A stretch of DNA of 64,000 nt from Psilocybe cubensis (GCA_017499595.2 CM038998.1:186001-250000), one strand, 5' to 3'. Positions 41,237 to 55,460 are shown, counted from the stretch's first letter. Numbers and translations are program-made. The notes: generated from the sequence alone by a model not told the origin.

Positions 41237-42055
41237 TTATCTCTTATAAAAGGTAATGTTGTCCATGTTCATGACGGGTCCGCGAATGACCTTCTCAACA
41301 CTCCCACTAGGACCATAACGAATGGTGTTTCCAGCAACGTATGAGAAATCGCCCGAAAGCGACACGTTGCTCAGGTTCCTTCCGATGTGGACACCGTCCT
41401 CATCGAATTCGACCTTGATGTCTTGATCCATTCCACTTGTTCCGGCAGATTGACTAGAAGATGGGTAACCACCGAATGTCGTCTGGGCTGCGTCCGCCCC
41501 TTGCTGAGGAACGCGCTCGAAAGCCTGTATAGGTGACTCGTAGTCATCCTCGGCAGCTTGTCTAAGTCTGTGCCTACGAGGGGCACGCCTTAGATTACGC
41601 GAGGAACCGGAGGTTTGTCGAATTTCATTTCCACCGCCTCTGTATTCCATTCTGTCCATGACGGCACTGTTTGCGAGGGGACGAATCTCATCAACTTGAG
41701 TGTTCAAATCGCGAGGAGCGGCAGCGGGATGGGGAACTGGTTGAGCGATGTTTCGGGATTCTCTGGTCACATCGACTCCCATAACCACTGGTTGTGTGTT
41801 TGGGTCAAAGGGCCCTTGAATCGCGATAAGCCTTATTTCAGACCCCTCTTCGCTTTCATCCTTCAATTTATACAAAGACTGCGATTCACGGGACTGGTAC
41901 CCCGTCAGCTTTCCAAAATAACGTTTCTGGCTTTCTGGGTGATTGATGATTTCCCTCCCGGCCAGTTCAATGAAGGCAGTCGGAATCCAGTCTGGAACTA
42001 CATCTCCTTCCTCGTAGCTAGTGCTCAAGTCAAATTGTCTCCAGATGGTGCTCAT
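41237..42055 (-). CDS. Intronless hypothetical protein (~272 aa) with a C-terminal beta-motif
   Basis: Open ORF; TATATAAA about 55 bp upstream; C-terminal GRNLSNVSLSGDFSYVAGNT. Confidence 0.6.
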   Translation of the reverse strand: MSTIWRQFDLSTSYEEGDVVPDWIPTAFIELAGREIINHPESQKRYFGKLTGYQSRESQSLYKLKDESEEGSEIRLIAIQGPFDPNTQPVVMGVDVTRESRNIAQPVPHPAAAPRDLNTQVDEIRPLANSAVMDRMEYRGGGNEIRQTSGSSRNLRRAPRRHRLRQAAEDDYESPIQAFERVPQQGADAAQTTFGGYPSSSQSAGTSGMDQDIKVEFDEDGVHIGRNLSNVSLSGDFSYVAGNTIRYGPSGSVEKVIRGPVMNMDNITFYKR

Positions 42056-42528
42056 GATGATGGTATGGGGTTGAAAGAAGGTACACAGTCTGCGCATCGT
42101 CTTGAATGTTTATATACACTCCAAGGGCCCCGTGCCACTCAAACGAACACACGCTGAAGATGGTGGCCCATGGGCTGTACCTTACGCGGGTTTCCATGAT
42201 GATGGGCCGTATACTTTTGTAGGGAACCTAGCCTCTCGGAGAACAATGCTATTTTGAGTTTATGGAATGGTCCGTCGACTTACATACCCCACATTAGAGC
42301 AAATAATTTTCTACTTCCAAGAAATCGTTTTCATAGATGAAGCTACGAACCGTAGCTAATTCTGATTTGTGCCTCCTGAGCCACTGCACAAGCGCTGGTC
42401 AATGTGACAATCAGGTCACAACTGTATAGCACTTCCACGCCACTCGTTGTCACAACATCAGCATCGGTCACACAAATTCGGCCAAGCCGTCGCGGTAACC
42501 ACCAACTCCTCCTCCAAAAAAGATAAGC

Positions 42529-43490
42529 ATGAGGTACGTCTCGACGCTATACGTCCCATCGAGCACCCAGAATACTGATAAATGTACACAGTTCCAGCAA
42601 ACTCTCAGTGTCCAGCGTGCGGGGCTCCATCAAGGAACTCCTGGCCGATGCCAATGGCGAGAAGAAGAGGAACTTCGTCGAGACCATTGAGCTCCAAATC
42701 GGCTTGAAAAACTACGATCCCCAGAGAGATAAACGTTTCTCTGGAACTGTCAAGTGCGTATTCGATGTGTCATTCAAATGAAGCAGCCGTTCTAAACCTC
42801 ATTATTTACCGGCCTTTAGGCTCCCCCATGTCCCCCGTCCCCGCATGTCCATCTGCATTCTCGCTGATGCTGCCGACATCGATCGTGCTAAGCAGATTGA
42901 GCTCGAATACATGTCCGTTGATGACTTGAAGAAGTGAGTACCGAAAGTGATTGTAGGGCAAACTAGCCATATTGACTGATTGCATTTTTTGAAAGGCTGA
43001 ACAAGAACAAGAAGCTCGTTAAGAAGCTCGCCAAGAAGTACGATGCTTTCCTTGCTTCCGAAGCCCTCATCAAGCAGATCCCCCGTCTCCTTGGTCCCGG
43101 TCTCTCCAAGGGTCAGTCTCGCTCCAATCTGTTCATACGTCCACAGTTGCTGACATATCCATTAAAGCTGGAAAGTTCCCCACCCCTGTCTCCCACGCTG
43201 AGGATCTTACCAACAAGCTCACTGAGGTTCGCTCCACCATCAAGTTCCAGCTCAAGAAGGTTCTTTGCTTGGGTGTTGCTGTTGGCCACGTCCAGATGAA
43301 CGACGACCAGGTCCTCGGAAACGTCATGCTCAGTGAGTCACCCTGTACTTTTTCAATCGAAATTATTTTAATCGTCCTTCTTTCTACCTAAGGCATCAAC
43401 TTCCTCGTTTCGCTGCTCAAGAAGAACTGGCAGAACGTCAAGTCCCTTCACATCAAGACCACCATGGGCAAGCCCGTCCGCCTCTACTAA
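42529..43490 (+). CDS. RPL1: 60S ribosomal protein uL1 (L10a)
   Basis: [110 protein letters not shown]. Confidence 0.98.
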
Positions 43491-44447
43491 GCATATCACT
43501 TCGTCATCATTTTTCCGACAACATGCGTCGGCGATGTAGGCGTGATATAGGGAGTAGCATCGTTGAGTGTTGAAGAATGGCGTGCCGGATGGTAGAGGGA
43601 AAGGAGGAGGGATGAATATGACGGATCTTCGATGACGATGATAGCACCACGTTGAATGGGGGACAAGAAGCGATCAAGGAGGAGGAGCAGGAGAGAGGGG
43701 GGTTGCAATGCACAACACGAAGCCCCGCACGCTTGTACCAACGGTTTCATGAGGAGGGAGCCGATTGGGAGCTGATGTTGCCCCTCTCTTTTCTTATCCA
43801 TTTCCTCTCTTTATTTCCTGTTCGCTTGTATCGTCTTTTCTGTCTCTCATGTGGTTGTTTGAGTCACTTGGAGTTTCTGAGTATTTCATTTATATTTGTT
43901 ATCCCTTTGTATCTTTCGGTGTTGTCACTATTCAATTGCTTTGCGTTGCTCCATCGTCTCTTGAGTGCTGCATTCCTTATAGTGAAATACAATAATTCTT
44001 GTACGTGTACGTCCATTGTGCTCGTAAGGTGGTAATATCTCATAGATTTGTTCACACAGCGAAGGACAATTTAAATGAAGAGGATTCAGATGAAGACGTA
44101 ATTTACACCTATTGCTTGGTCCGATGTAATTCAGAAAGAATTCCTAGCCTTCTGACCACGGGTCTTCAGTGCTATTGACAGAGGGCAGACTTTCTGGGGG
44201 TTTCTGGGGGATATGGAATCCCCCTGTTGGTGTGTGTACGAAGTTATGGTTATTTCAGTTTTAAGATCTTACGAACAACACTGCTGCCTCATTTATTCAG
44301 ATTTAATAATCCTCTCTAAGGTAGCTGATTCATGAACGAAATACGAACAGATTAAACTTGCAAGACTGTTGAACGATATATATGTGAAAGGTCTCAGATC
44401 AAAGATAATTATTTTCTTGGTCAAATATAAAATATCAAGCTCTTAGT

Positions 44448-45758
44448 CTACGGGAGTTTGGGGACAATGGAGGAGATAGGGATGGGGCTTGAGAGAATGG
44501 AGGTGATAGGGATAACGACTGTCGAGGCAGTGGCAGTAACAGTCGTACCGGTCTTCACGCTGGTGCTGGTCGGAGCGGCCGAGATCGAGGAGATGGCGAC
44601 TGTAGACGCGGACACCGTGGGCGCGACGCTCGTCGACGAGCTACTGTGTGGGACAGCGGCGGAGGAGCTGCTGACGACGGGGGGCACGGTGTACACGGAC
44701 AGTCTGTTAGCGGCACCGCAGAGCTCTGTGTGGTCCGCCTCGCAGGCGCGCGAGCAGTCGGTCAGGGCGGCGGTGACGTTCCCGGCAAGTGGGTTGAATT
44801 GGTTGCCACACCCTATAAACCGATTAAAGAAACATTCGTCAGTATATACATTTGTATCTGAGGCCGAAGACAAAATGCGCACAGCACTCTTGGCCAAACT
44901 CTAAGCCGGCCATGGTAAACCCAGAGGCTCCGCAAGCGGTTGTGCAGCGCTCGATAGTAACTCCTGGGATGGGGATAGACTGAATCAGCGTGCGCTGGCT
45001 GGTTCCGACGACATCCCTATCAAATCCAACCAAAATCATCAGCTACTCTACTCTGGGGTAACAACACAATCTCATCACGTACTTGAAGCAGCCGCTGAAC
45101 ACAAAGTTTCCGACCTTGGCCTTGTTGGTCGGGATAGGCCCAACGCCGGTGTTGCTGTTCTGGTACACGCTGATCAACGACGCGCCTCCACAGTCGATGG
45201 TGCTGTCTCCTCCACAAGGGAAGTTGCACTGCGTGTCGTTAACCTTGACTGCGGTACCTTGGATGTTAAAGTCGCAGTCTACACCAATGCCGCGCGTCAA
45301 TGGTCTATCACCAGCGATGTAAGAAGCGAGACGTACAGCACTCGTCCGTGAACTCGGTTCCTGCAAAGTTGAGGGGTGTGGAGAAGTTGCCGCAGAATTC
45401 AGTGCAGAGGGCAGGGGTCATGCCCGGATTGACGATGTTGTGCTCCTGGAGAGTGCGTTGCTGAGGGACAGCATCCCTGTCATCAAAGAAAGAAGAATCA
45501 GTGATCCTCATAAGCATGCCATTGACGCTGAGTCTTGCGAAGGCTTGTCTACTTACGTGAAGCAGCCAACAAAGGTCCATCCTGGAAGAGGCGCGTTCGG
45601 ATTTGGCGCTGCCGCGGTTTGCCTGCTGTTGAGATCGGAGGGCAGAGCAAATGAGGACTGCAAAGAATCGGTAAGCTCCAAAAATCGTTGAACATATGTA
45701 CAAGAGATTAACGCACAGACAGGACGGTCGCGAGGAAGACGAAGCTGGACAGAGACAT
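44448..45758 (-). CDS. Secreted two-WSC-domain protein with S/T-rich tail
   Basis: Signal peptide, GWTFVGCF-D..RTLQ..MTPALC..FAGTEF..EC-CD..CGG; second WSC ends CEADHTELCGAANRLSVY. Confidence 0.88.
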
Positions 45759-48352
45759 TTCAACCAAAAGTAATCTGCAGTGAGGATGTCGATCCCTCTT
45801 TTCAACGACGAGATTTTATACCTGCTGGGTCGGTCAGGGGAGGCTGCTCTCAAGAACATCAAGATTCTCGATTCCATTGGATGCATACCGAAACTGCATT
45901 GCACTCGTCCAAAATGGACGAGCCGCACCAATTGGCACTCGATCAGAGGTTCCACCAGACCATCCGCGTCCATTAGCGAAGGTGACCTGCGTAGGTACAT
46001 CCGTCTGCACAGACGGAATGATGCGCACAGTCAGATATAAGGCCCAGGGACCATAATCCCGCCCTCGGCTGGCATACATTTCTCCCTATAACATGCTTTC
46101 TTCCCTCCTCTGTCCTTCACCCGTCAAACAATATAACATCGAAGCACAGGGGCCAATTGACTCAGGAGAATACAAGCAGACTGAGCGGAACCAGAGCTGT
46201 TGATTTATGATGACCTAGTATAGCTTGTTCCTGTGCAGAGTTCGGCATCGTGTTAATTTTTCGTTCGAACTTCGGAGGACAAGGACGTGGGTGTGAAGTC
46301 GGAACCGGTGTCAGTCGTCTAAAAATAACCGTCGACGTGAAATGGGCCCGTGGGGCGCCCAGGGGTTTAGGAGGCGGGGCTTTTTTTAGACTAGAGGTCG
46401 ACGTTGTCGACAAAATGCATTGCTGTGCTTATACCGCATTGGCTATGGCCAATAATGGTTGAGTGGTACTACCCTGCTATTTCTGGGTTCATTTCTGTTT
46501 CCACAATAATGATCCAATGGACAGTGTGTCCAAGTAAAACAGCGACAAGAAAAGCTTTGCAGTTTAGACGGTGGGGATCCTAGCTTACAGCAAGGCAATT
46601 AAAAACTAATCGCATCAGAACATATTGAAGCCACTTCATATATCAACCTCGTAAGATTAAGTAACATAAGCTTGAGAAGGACATCATACAATGAACGGTT
46701 AAATCTTTGAAGGCAAAGGTTTGGAGCATACCTTCCGTTCTTTTCCTTTAGAGGCAAATGTGTGGATTGCAGACGGAATTTTTGACTCCTCCATTTTCTC
46801 TGTGAAGCTTTTAAAAATCTGACAGACTGCATTTCTAGCAGACTGCATGGTGTATTTAATATTGCTATTGTCATCCCTTCCGATATCAATGACTTCCTAT
46901 GAGACTTCGTTATCTTTTTGAAAAGCTTTTCTGCTAGTTCCTGTGAAATTCTCCCGGTCTTTGTAGCCCCAAGCACAGTAACATCAAAGAGTTTTCGTCT
47001 GCCACTATATCCAAAGAGATCCAAATGTTTCGCGTCATCCTCTGTATATTGCGTAAAGATAGATTTACTCCTCTAAGGACGTAGCCGCTGCAGCTACGGC
47101 CAAAATGGGTTTGCCAGTTGATAATTGGATAGTAGATAAGACTGACGTGGAGTTTATCCAATCACAAATAGTAGTAAGGATCCGGATAGCGTCCTTGAGA
47201 TACTCGTTCCCAATGCCTGGAGTGCCAACCAAAAATACGAGCAGGCCGCCCTAGACTTCCTGCTGTGCCCTTCACCAGATCAAAAGGATATTTTTCATGC
47301 CAACTTAGTCCAAATAAATAGAAATAGGGAATCCACACTTGTATGCTTCAATCTTGCGTTCATTATACTTTCTGACACAAATTAGTCAGTGTTCACTGTT
47401 GACGCGTTGACGCCCCGTAGGGCAGAAAAACTTCCATATTTGGAAGTACCCCTGAAAAGGTTTTTCCAGTTTAGCGGATTCGAGGGCGAAAATCAGCAAA
47501 AATGCGGACAAACCCCAGAAGAGCCTCCAGGGCCATGATTGAGCATAACTGATAGAACCTCTTGTGTATTCCTAGCAGACGCCGTGTTTTATTATTACCC
47601 ATGTGAAATATTAGGAATTCCTCTCATGTTGGCTTACAGTAAACTTAATGACTTCCCATCATTTCAAGCCTTTTTATTGTTCCGTCGATCTGTGGGGATA
47701 CGGTGTTACTATTTCGTTCAGTCCCATGCTCTGTCAACCTTACTTCCAAATTATCATTTCAAAAACATTATCCACCACGCGATGACATTCCGGGCATCCT
47801 CGCATCATAATGGATTCCGCATGTTCCGGTGAACTAACATTCAAGATTCAAACATTGGAAGCTTCGGCATTGTTTGGCAGCGGGAAGCGTACCCGTGATA
47901 CCGAATTGCGGCGGACAAGAGTACTGAGCCTGTGAGTCGATTTTGCAAGTGGTGTACCTGGTATATATCAGTCTGTGGTGAATACGAGTCGATTGAGCCA
48001 GCTTACTGCCCGTCAGCAAAGGCTCATACCCGCTTATTTGTATTAAAAGGAGATTCTCTCCACCATTCAAATATTCGAATGAAGTATACAAGATCAGTCC
48101 AGCACACATGTGTAATGTGCCCGAAACACCGAGTGTGATAATTGATAACAAGGGATAAAATTGTTCAAACCAATTAAGCTTCATAACTATTGCATATCTT
48201 CAATCACACGTAATAAACACGAAATTGCTAAGAAAATTGATGTATTAAATATCTAGCATTCTCCACGATGCCCGTAGGAACAATTTTACATAAAAAATAA
48301 TATGGGGCAACAGATCAGCTCTCAAAGGCCGGTAACGGTGGAACCAGAAAGC

Positions 48353-49597
48353 TTAAGCTGCCTTGGTGGTGGTGGTTGGTGGGGCAGAAGTTGCAGTGGT
48401 CTTGGCCGTAGTCGATGTTGTGGGTGGTGGAGCAGTTGTTGTGGGTGGTTTCGAGGTGGTGCTGGTGGTAGGAGGGACAGCAGTAGTACTCGGCTTCGCA
48501 GTTGTGCTGGTAGTAGGAGGGGGAGCACTCGTGGTTGGTGGGGCGGAGCTGCTAACGACGGGGGGTGGGATGGAGTATACGGACAACCTGTTTGCAGCCC
48601 CGCAAAGCTCTGTGGGGTTTGCTTCACAAGCTCTGGAGCAATCTCCGAGGGGGGCGGTGATATTGGCTAGAGGAAGGTTGAATCCGTTGCCACACCCTAT
48701 AGAATATCACCGTTGGTATCAGACTTCATCGTGGTAAGACGGCAAGACGTACAGCATTCTTCGCCGAATTCCAAACCAGCGAATGTGAATCCGTTCGCGA
48801 GGCAGGTCCCAGTGCAACCCTCAATAGTCACTCCACCCTGAACGGTGAAGGATTCAAGCAAGGTTCGTGTATCTGTACCATCGACATCCCTGTAGAATAA
48901 TGGATGAATCAGTAAAGGTCCGTTAGCAAGCAAGATTTGCACTCACTTGAAGCATCCATCAAAGGTAAAGTTTCCGACCTTAGCTTTGTTAGTCGGAAGT
49001 GGGCCAACGCCAGTGTTGTTATTTTGGAATATGCTGATCAACGAAGCTCCTCCACAGGTGAGAGTGCTATCACCCCCACATGGGAAATTGCACAACGTGT
49101 CGTTGACCTTGACAGCCGTTCCTTGAATGTTGAAGTCACAGACTAAAAAGGCACAAACCGTCAACAACTTCCCTGAGTTGATTCTGGGGTATTTATATAC
49201 GTACAACACTCATCGGTGAACTCTGTTCCAGCGAAGTTGAGCGGTGTGGTGAAGTTACCACAGAACTCGGTGCACAACAGGGGAGTCATGCCTGGGTTGG
49301 TGATGGTGTGTTCCTGGAGAGTACGGGTTGCAGGAGCAGCATCGCTAGTCGTCACTGTCAGCGATTGTAAATGGCCAGGAGTACAAGAACTCACGTGAAG
49401 CAACCAACAAAAGTCCACCCAGGAAGTGCCGCGTTAGGATTTGTCGCGGCAGCTTGCCTCTGGCTCAGCTCGGATGGAAGTGCAAGGGACCCCTGTTTAC
49501 GCATATCAGCGTTTCATGAATTGAAGCAAACGTGATTGTATGAAAGCGAAATTACCGAAAGGAATGAAGCGAAAAGAGCTAGGCGTGCAAAAGACAT
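48353..49597 (-). CDS. Secreted two-WSC-domain protein with P/T-rich tail (paralog of 44448-45758)
   Basis: Near-identical exons to the neighbour (CDFNIQGTAVKVND.CNFPCGGDST..CGGASLIS..TNKAKVGNF.F.GCF). Confidence 0.88.
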
Positions 49598-52300
49598 TGG
49601 CAAGGCTATCTGGATTTTAGAGCTTTGTGTGGGGGATGATGTCCTAACTGAAGAGGATGCGCATCTCAGTTTTTTGGCTCTACTTTTATACTCGAGGTAG
49701 CCGATAACCTTTGCTATCAAATGAAAATTTCCTTCCCACAACTCAGTAAAAATGAAGGAGAAGACACCACATGAAAATTGCAGACCTCCAGGTCTATGGA
49801 TCAATCAGCTAATAGAATGCATGCCGTGCTGTTTTCCCTTCGTTCTCCTGTCGCTTCTGTTTCTCCGATCCGAAAGAATTCGAAAATCGAAGGTGTCCAA
49901 CAGACAGCGAAGCTATCAGTCAAACAGAGAGGCAGTATATCCTTGGACAGCGGGCGAATCGAAGTTGATGTTGATGTTGAAACTACTGGGTGCGTTCCTG
50001 TGCAAGACCTCGGCATGGAAGTATAAGGAACAAAAAGGCGGTGGGACAATCAACCGTTACAGAAATAGGTCTGAACGTGGGTATCCAGTACTATGATCAG
50101 CGCATGAGTGTAATGATAGAATGTCAACGTATCAAGACTGGGGGAACCTTAATGAGCGACCTTGACTGAAAGAAAATTCTTCATCAGGTAAATTTGGCTC
50201 GAATTGCTATTACACTCACTTACATCGCCAAATTGAACCCCATATTCACTCCAATCATGGCTTGAATACGTCCAAATAAGAATATTTGAGGCTACATCGG
50301 CTGTAACAACATTTCCGCCAATCAAATTGATATTGAAAACGAAAATCGAGAGGCTCATTCATCCCCAAAAACGCGGGTGAAATGTATGAGGCTTTGATAT
50401 GTAACTTACGTTCGAGGGAAACTAGCGGACGTACTAGGTCAAAGTACGCCGGGTCGGGATCATGTCACTTCAGGTCATGCCACGTCAAAATGCACGGATT
50501 GTTGGGGTCAAGGGTGGAACAACGAGCCGTCTAAGTGCTACAATGGAACAGTGGCCTAGCAATGGCACGATATAGAGGGCTGGAGCCAATGGTATCTTTC
50601 AAGAGATATCTTGAGGTGTTGACTGAAAAAATGATAGATGTGAGAATGAGAAGGCTAAGAATAAGGTTGTATAGCAGTCCTCACGTCGGTCTGGAAGCCA
50701 ACACCGAAATCTAGCCATCCTTTGAGACATGTCGGTGATGGATAACAAAGAAAATACTGTTGATACAAGACAGAATGTGGGTAAAACCATTCATAAACGA
50801 CCCCTTTTGAGGATATATAGGTATGTTCACGCATACCTAATCATTCATTGGAATGCTAAAGGCTCACAGTTGTTTCTAATCGGGAAATCCATGTGAGTCA
50901 ACCATGCCGTCGAAGTGAGGTAGGTGCTAAGTAGTGCCAACGCATCAGAGCGTCCGCGAGTCTGACAAAAACATCAAGGTACCCATGCGCTAGTGAGAAA
51001 GAGTATTTCTTGTAGAACAGTATGAGTCCCAATTGATGGAAATGGGAGTATATAGGTGGAAGGGGTTTTGAAAACTAAGACTGAGTGTGATCGAGCTACT
51101 GTAGTGTGCCCCGCCGGTAAAGAACGCGATGCTGCTCCGACTCAAAAATAGAGGTGAATGAAGACAGCGGTGATTGCAAGGTGCACAATGCCTGACTTGA
51201 CAGCTCAGAGGGCATTGTCCATATGGTGCGGAGGTGGCCGAATCCGATATCTATCTGCCTGGGTGAGAGAAACACGGCAGTGTTTGGCATGCGCATCAAC
51301 GGAAGATCACATCCATGAGAGCATGTTCAATATTGGAGCATTACGTCCGATTGGCCTGTATAAATAGCTAACAATATCTCACCATTACTTTGAAACATAA
51401 GCTCAGAGAGAAAATGTGACATACAAGATTGTAGAACCCGTGAAATGAACAAAAACTTGTACGTTGCTCCGTTTGAAACCATCTGATTAACTCCTATACA
51501 GTTAAAACGAGTGTGTATGAGTAGAGATAAACGTAGTATTGATGTAATAGCTTAGTGGGGTCCAGGAGAGTTTCATGCAGGTTACATGCTCGATTCGCTT
51601 GAGTTGGTTGAAAGGCAAGTTGCGATTACGCGTCACCCAGTGTTCCATCACTCACGTGAGTCTTCAAGCGGAGTTATATCGGAGATTGAACAATTTGGAA
51701 CAAATTTAAGAGTTCTGAGTACGAGTTTTTGTGTAATATAAGAAAGATCATTAGAAAGTTGTTTTATGAACCTCAATAATGCAGTTTGAACTTGGCGGCT
51801 TCAATTAAAGGGCATTTGAGGAATACAATTGTTCCAAATTTGTTATTGCGTAGATAATACGCTTTACGCAGGTGCACTGAATCGAGACACCTATAGTAAC
51901 CTACACACGTTGTAATGAATGACTGGGGATTAAGAAACAAGCGCAATCGTTCAGCTTTTATGAAGAATGCGGATGTTTCCGTCAGTATCCCATGAGTATC
52001 GGTTTAAACCAACAAGGATAAATAGTGGGTCCATAACTTTTATCATCCTAAATGGGAATAAAAGACTGGCCCGGCTTACTTAGCACACACTTCCGCAGTG
52101 GCATGGTCATCCCTTCATTCTTTGCGGAGGGTAGAGAGGTATTGAATAACAATGCGTTGTGCCTCGCGTCTGGGCCACATATCATTATTTCTTTGTAGCA
52201 TATATAAGAACAATAGCAGTAGCAGCATCCGCCATTTCATTCCCTTCAATCAGTTCTCAGGATCGACGCCTAATAATTTTCAACCAGTTCACAGTTCAAA

Positions 52301-53301
52301 ATGCGACATATAACTTCCCAAATCTCCAGAAAAACCGAACAAAAAAATGAACCCGATGTCATGAAATTGGAGGTAGAACACAGAGGGCCAAAACATATCA
52401 TACTCACGGAGGTTAAAAATTTACCAAACGACGAGCAACGTCGCATAGACGTTAGCATTCAACACTTCAATCTAAAGCACTATTTTATCATCTTCTCTGA
52501 GTCAACGGTTGGAAGCTCCAGAGCAGGGGTGGTTATTGCTGAAGTCAAATGGGATCTCGAAGTTGCCCCAATCACCAATACGTACCTCGCGCAGCTCCCC
52601 CCTCACAGTCGTCTCATCTATAAAAATGGGAAGCTGAGATTTGAGCAAGAAATGATATGTGGCAGTCTTAGTTCCTTCATTCAAAAGTGTGTGTTTTTTC
52701 TGAACGTGAATGACATGCTGATGGTTAGTGCTACAGGGATCCAGTAATCAGGGACAGAGAACGGTGAGCAAGTTTATAGTCCCCTCCAGCCTCACGATAA
52801 ATCCAACAGAGCTAATTCACCGTGTAATATTCCAGTATTTCTGCTACCACAGGTGTTCGCGAGAGGTTCACTAGACGGCTCTCCGCACAACGCGGGGCAC
52901 AAAGCCATCCACGCCCAATCTTTTGCGAGTTTCATTCGACATGCCTACGGAAACTTCCCAAGAAGGAACTGAACTCGTATACAGGGCATGGGTAACTGTT
53001 GTTTTCTAATTCTCTTGATCAAACTAAAATTGATCAATTACTCTTTATCACGCTATTCATCCTACAGGGATACCATGACTCTGAGCTGAAGGACGGCTTC
53101 CAGATAATCATGACACTACGGAGGTGCAACATATCCTCGACTAGCCCAACGACTCATAAAGGACTGCTTTCTTTAGAAAATCTATCTCCTCAAGGATCCG
53201 GAAGGGCATATAGAAACGCAGAGAACTTCTACAGATTACTTGTTCCGTTCCTGCTGATTAGCCATGGATCGGCCGACGCTGAATTTAGAAATTATGATTA
53301 A
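52301..53301 (+). CDS. Hypothetical protein, possibly degenerate
   Basis: 148-aa and 100-aa ORFs with intron-like gaps; structure unresolved. Confidence 0.3.
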
Positions 53302-53793
53302 ACACCACCAGTCGTCTTGTGTATCCTTGCTGCAGCTGTATAATTTCAAGACTAAACGAGGTGCAAGTGTAATAATTAGGTATAATATGGGAAGCGCTGT
53401 CAGGAAGTTATACGGAAATTAGATATTTGTAGTCAACATAAATTCAAGAAGCATAATCAGCCTGTCGACAAATGTCGACAAAAGATGAATAATTCCATGT
53501 AAGTATCTGTACGGTAAGATTTTTCATTGACTTACAGCAGTAATCAGCAACATAATCTTAATCTTCAATGTCACTGAGACGGTGAACATGACATGGGTAT
53601 TCGTGCAGTTCGGCGGAAGTTCTAACGAGCATATCAAAGATCATCAAAGTACATATATTTTTTATTGTTACAAGAACGTGTGTTTTGTACGGTGATAGCA
53701 AAGCCAGAAAATGAACATCACAAGGTTTTTTTAAATGTTAATTTGCAGAGAAAACATCTTAGAATTGTAGATGGACCATGGATAGAAGTTCAA

Positions 53794-54400
53794 CTAATCA
53801 TGAAACCAAGTCTCTGAACCCACTACATGGACCACCTTTGGTATAACTGGCAGCTTCTCCCCTTTACCGGGCCAGGGGTTGATACCAATATCTTTGAAGC
53901 GATGGCCAAGATATCCAATATGAGTCTTACTGCCATCTGCTTTGTTTTCAAGTCCTGGGTGATGTATACCAACGCTGAAAGGCCAATTGTATGCCTCTTC
54001 AGGAAGGGTTTTAGTGGCCATGTTTGGATTTACGGGTACTCTAGAAAAGTCGTGTAAGTCGCTTGGATATTCAACAAAATCCAGCTTACACTGTGTCTGG
54101 GACGATGACGAGATCGACACCAAGGATCATGTTATTTGGAGTATCCTTGCCCTCGGAGAACCATTGTAAAACAACCTGGAATTTTGTACCACTGAAAGGA
54201 ATTCCACTAAAGCCACATCCTTTAATCTAGAAAATTAATAATACACTCAGTTATTCAATAGGAGGAATATATTTAAAAGAATACTGACACTGTGGGCCTT
54301 GGCCTATATAGTCATCCACGGAAACTTCGATTATTTGGCGAATAAATTTAATATATCTTCGAAGTTTGAGTCTCGATTACATGAATGTGTATATTTCAAA
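53794..54400 (-). CDS. Hypothetical protein (multi-exon, 5' boundary approximate)
   Basis: Coding-like 109-aa ORF plus upstream exon candidates bounded by GT-AG. Confidence 0.3.
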
Positions 54401-54753
54401 GATCATCTTCTGTTTCAAACACTACCTTAACCACCGATTCCACTTGAAAGAGAGTCCGGGAATGAAAGACCGCTTATATTTTAAATGTCGTCCAGACCAA
54501 ATGTAGGATTATCAGTCACATTGCCCTCTGCTATGTTATAATTATGTGTTTCATGCTAAACACCAATCTCATCGGCGCTCGAAGTGCGAATCTCATTGTG
54601 ACGTAGCCGAGAGCCGGCAAGTGGTTAATATAAGCCCTCGATGTCCCCTCGATGTCCCAGTGCTGAAACGTAGCTTCCCATCTGAATAATACCTCCTTTT
54701 CAATATGGGACTTAATGTGTACGATTCTACGGCACTAGTAATCTATTGCAACT

Positions 54754-55460
54754 TCAAACGGAGAAAATTGACTGTGTAGCGAAAGTGATTTGTGACTGGC
54801 ATTCAACTCCTGCTGCTCGCGCCTCTAAAAACGTGCGTATATATCTAGATCGAAATTCAGTACCAAATTACACACCAAATGCAAGACAGTAGCATTTACT
54901 TACACCCCTATAGCCTTTTGTGTAAAAATCCGGCCTATTGGACGGGAAAGAACTCGAGTTCGGCGACCAAGGGAAAATACAACAAGCTCCCCATACCAGG
55001 GTGCGTGTGAAAACACTTCATTCAGATTCAGGTTCTGAGGGAGTAGAGGGTCATAGTAGCCCAGAATTAAGAAGCGGTTACGGTCAACCGTAACGACTGT
55101 GGATGTTGTTGGAACATTGTTGGGGTTTGAGAGCTTGCCCGACAAGTCAAATACAGGAAGGTCGTTGGGTCGGCCTGCATCAATGATCGGAGTACAATGC
55201 AGAAGCACAGGGTTTCCAGTGGTCAATGGATAGTGTAGGCCCTTGCGTACGACGGCCTTGCAATTCTTTTAGCGTGAAATTCTCAAATGTAAGTGACAAC
55301 TTACGATGTCCCTTAATCGTCGAGACCTGATCACTGCTTGGCCTCTATTAAGGTTGGTAAACTCGGCAACCAGTTCGGTCTCGTGGCGCGTCAGCTGCGA
55401 CAAGCAAAAATTCTCGTAAGATTCACGATGTAGACCAATGGAAGTCAAGACGCTCACCAT
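54754..55460 (-). CDS. Hypothetical protein, 3 exons
   Basis: MVSVLTSIG..RSRRLRD / ..FLILGYYDPLLPQNLNL..WYGELVVFSLG / YIRTFLE..SV*; GT-AG joins, last junction checked in frame. Confidence 0.55.

Noticed and set aside
46599-47161. Overlapping minus-strand ORFs between the WSC paralogs
   Set aside because: No recognisable domain; possibly a decayed insertion but no ends found
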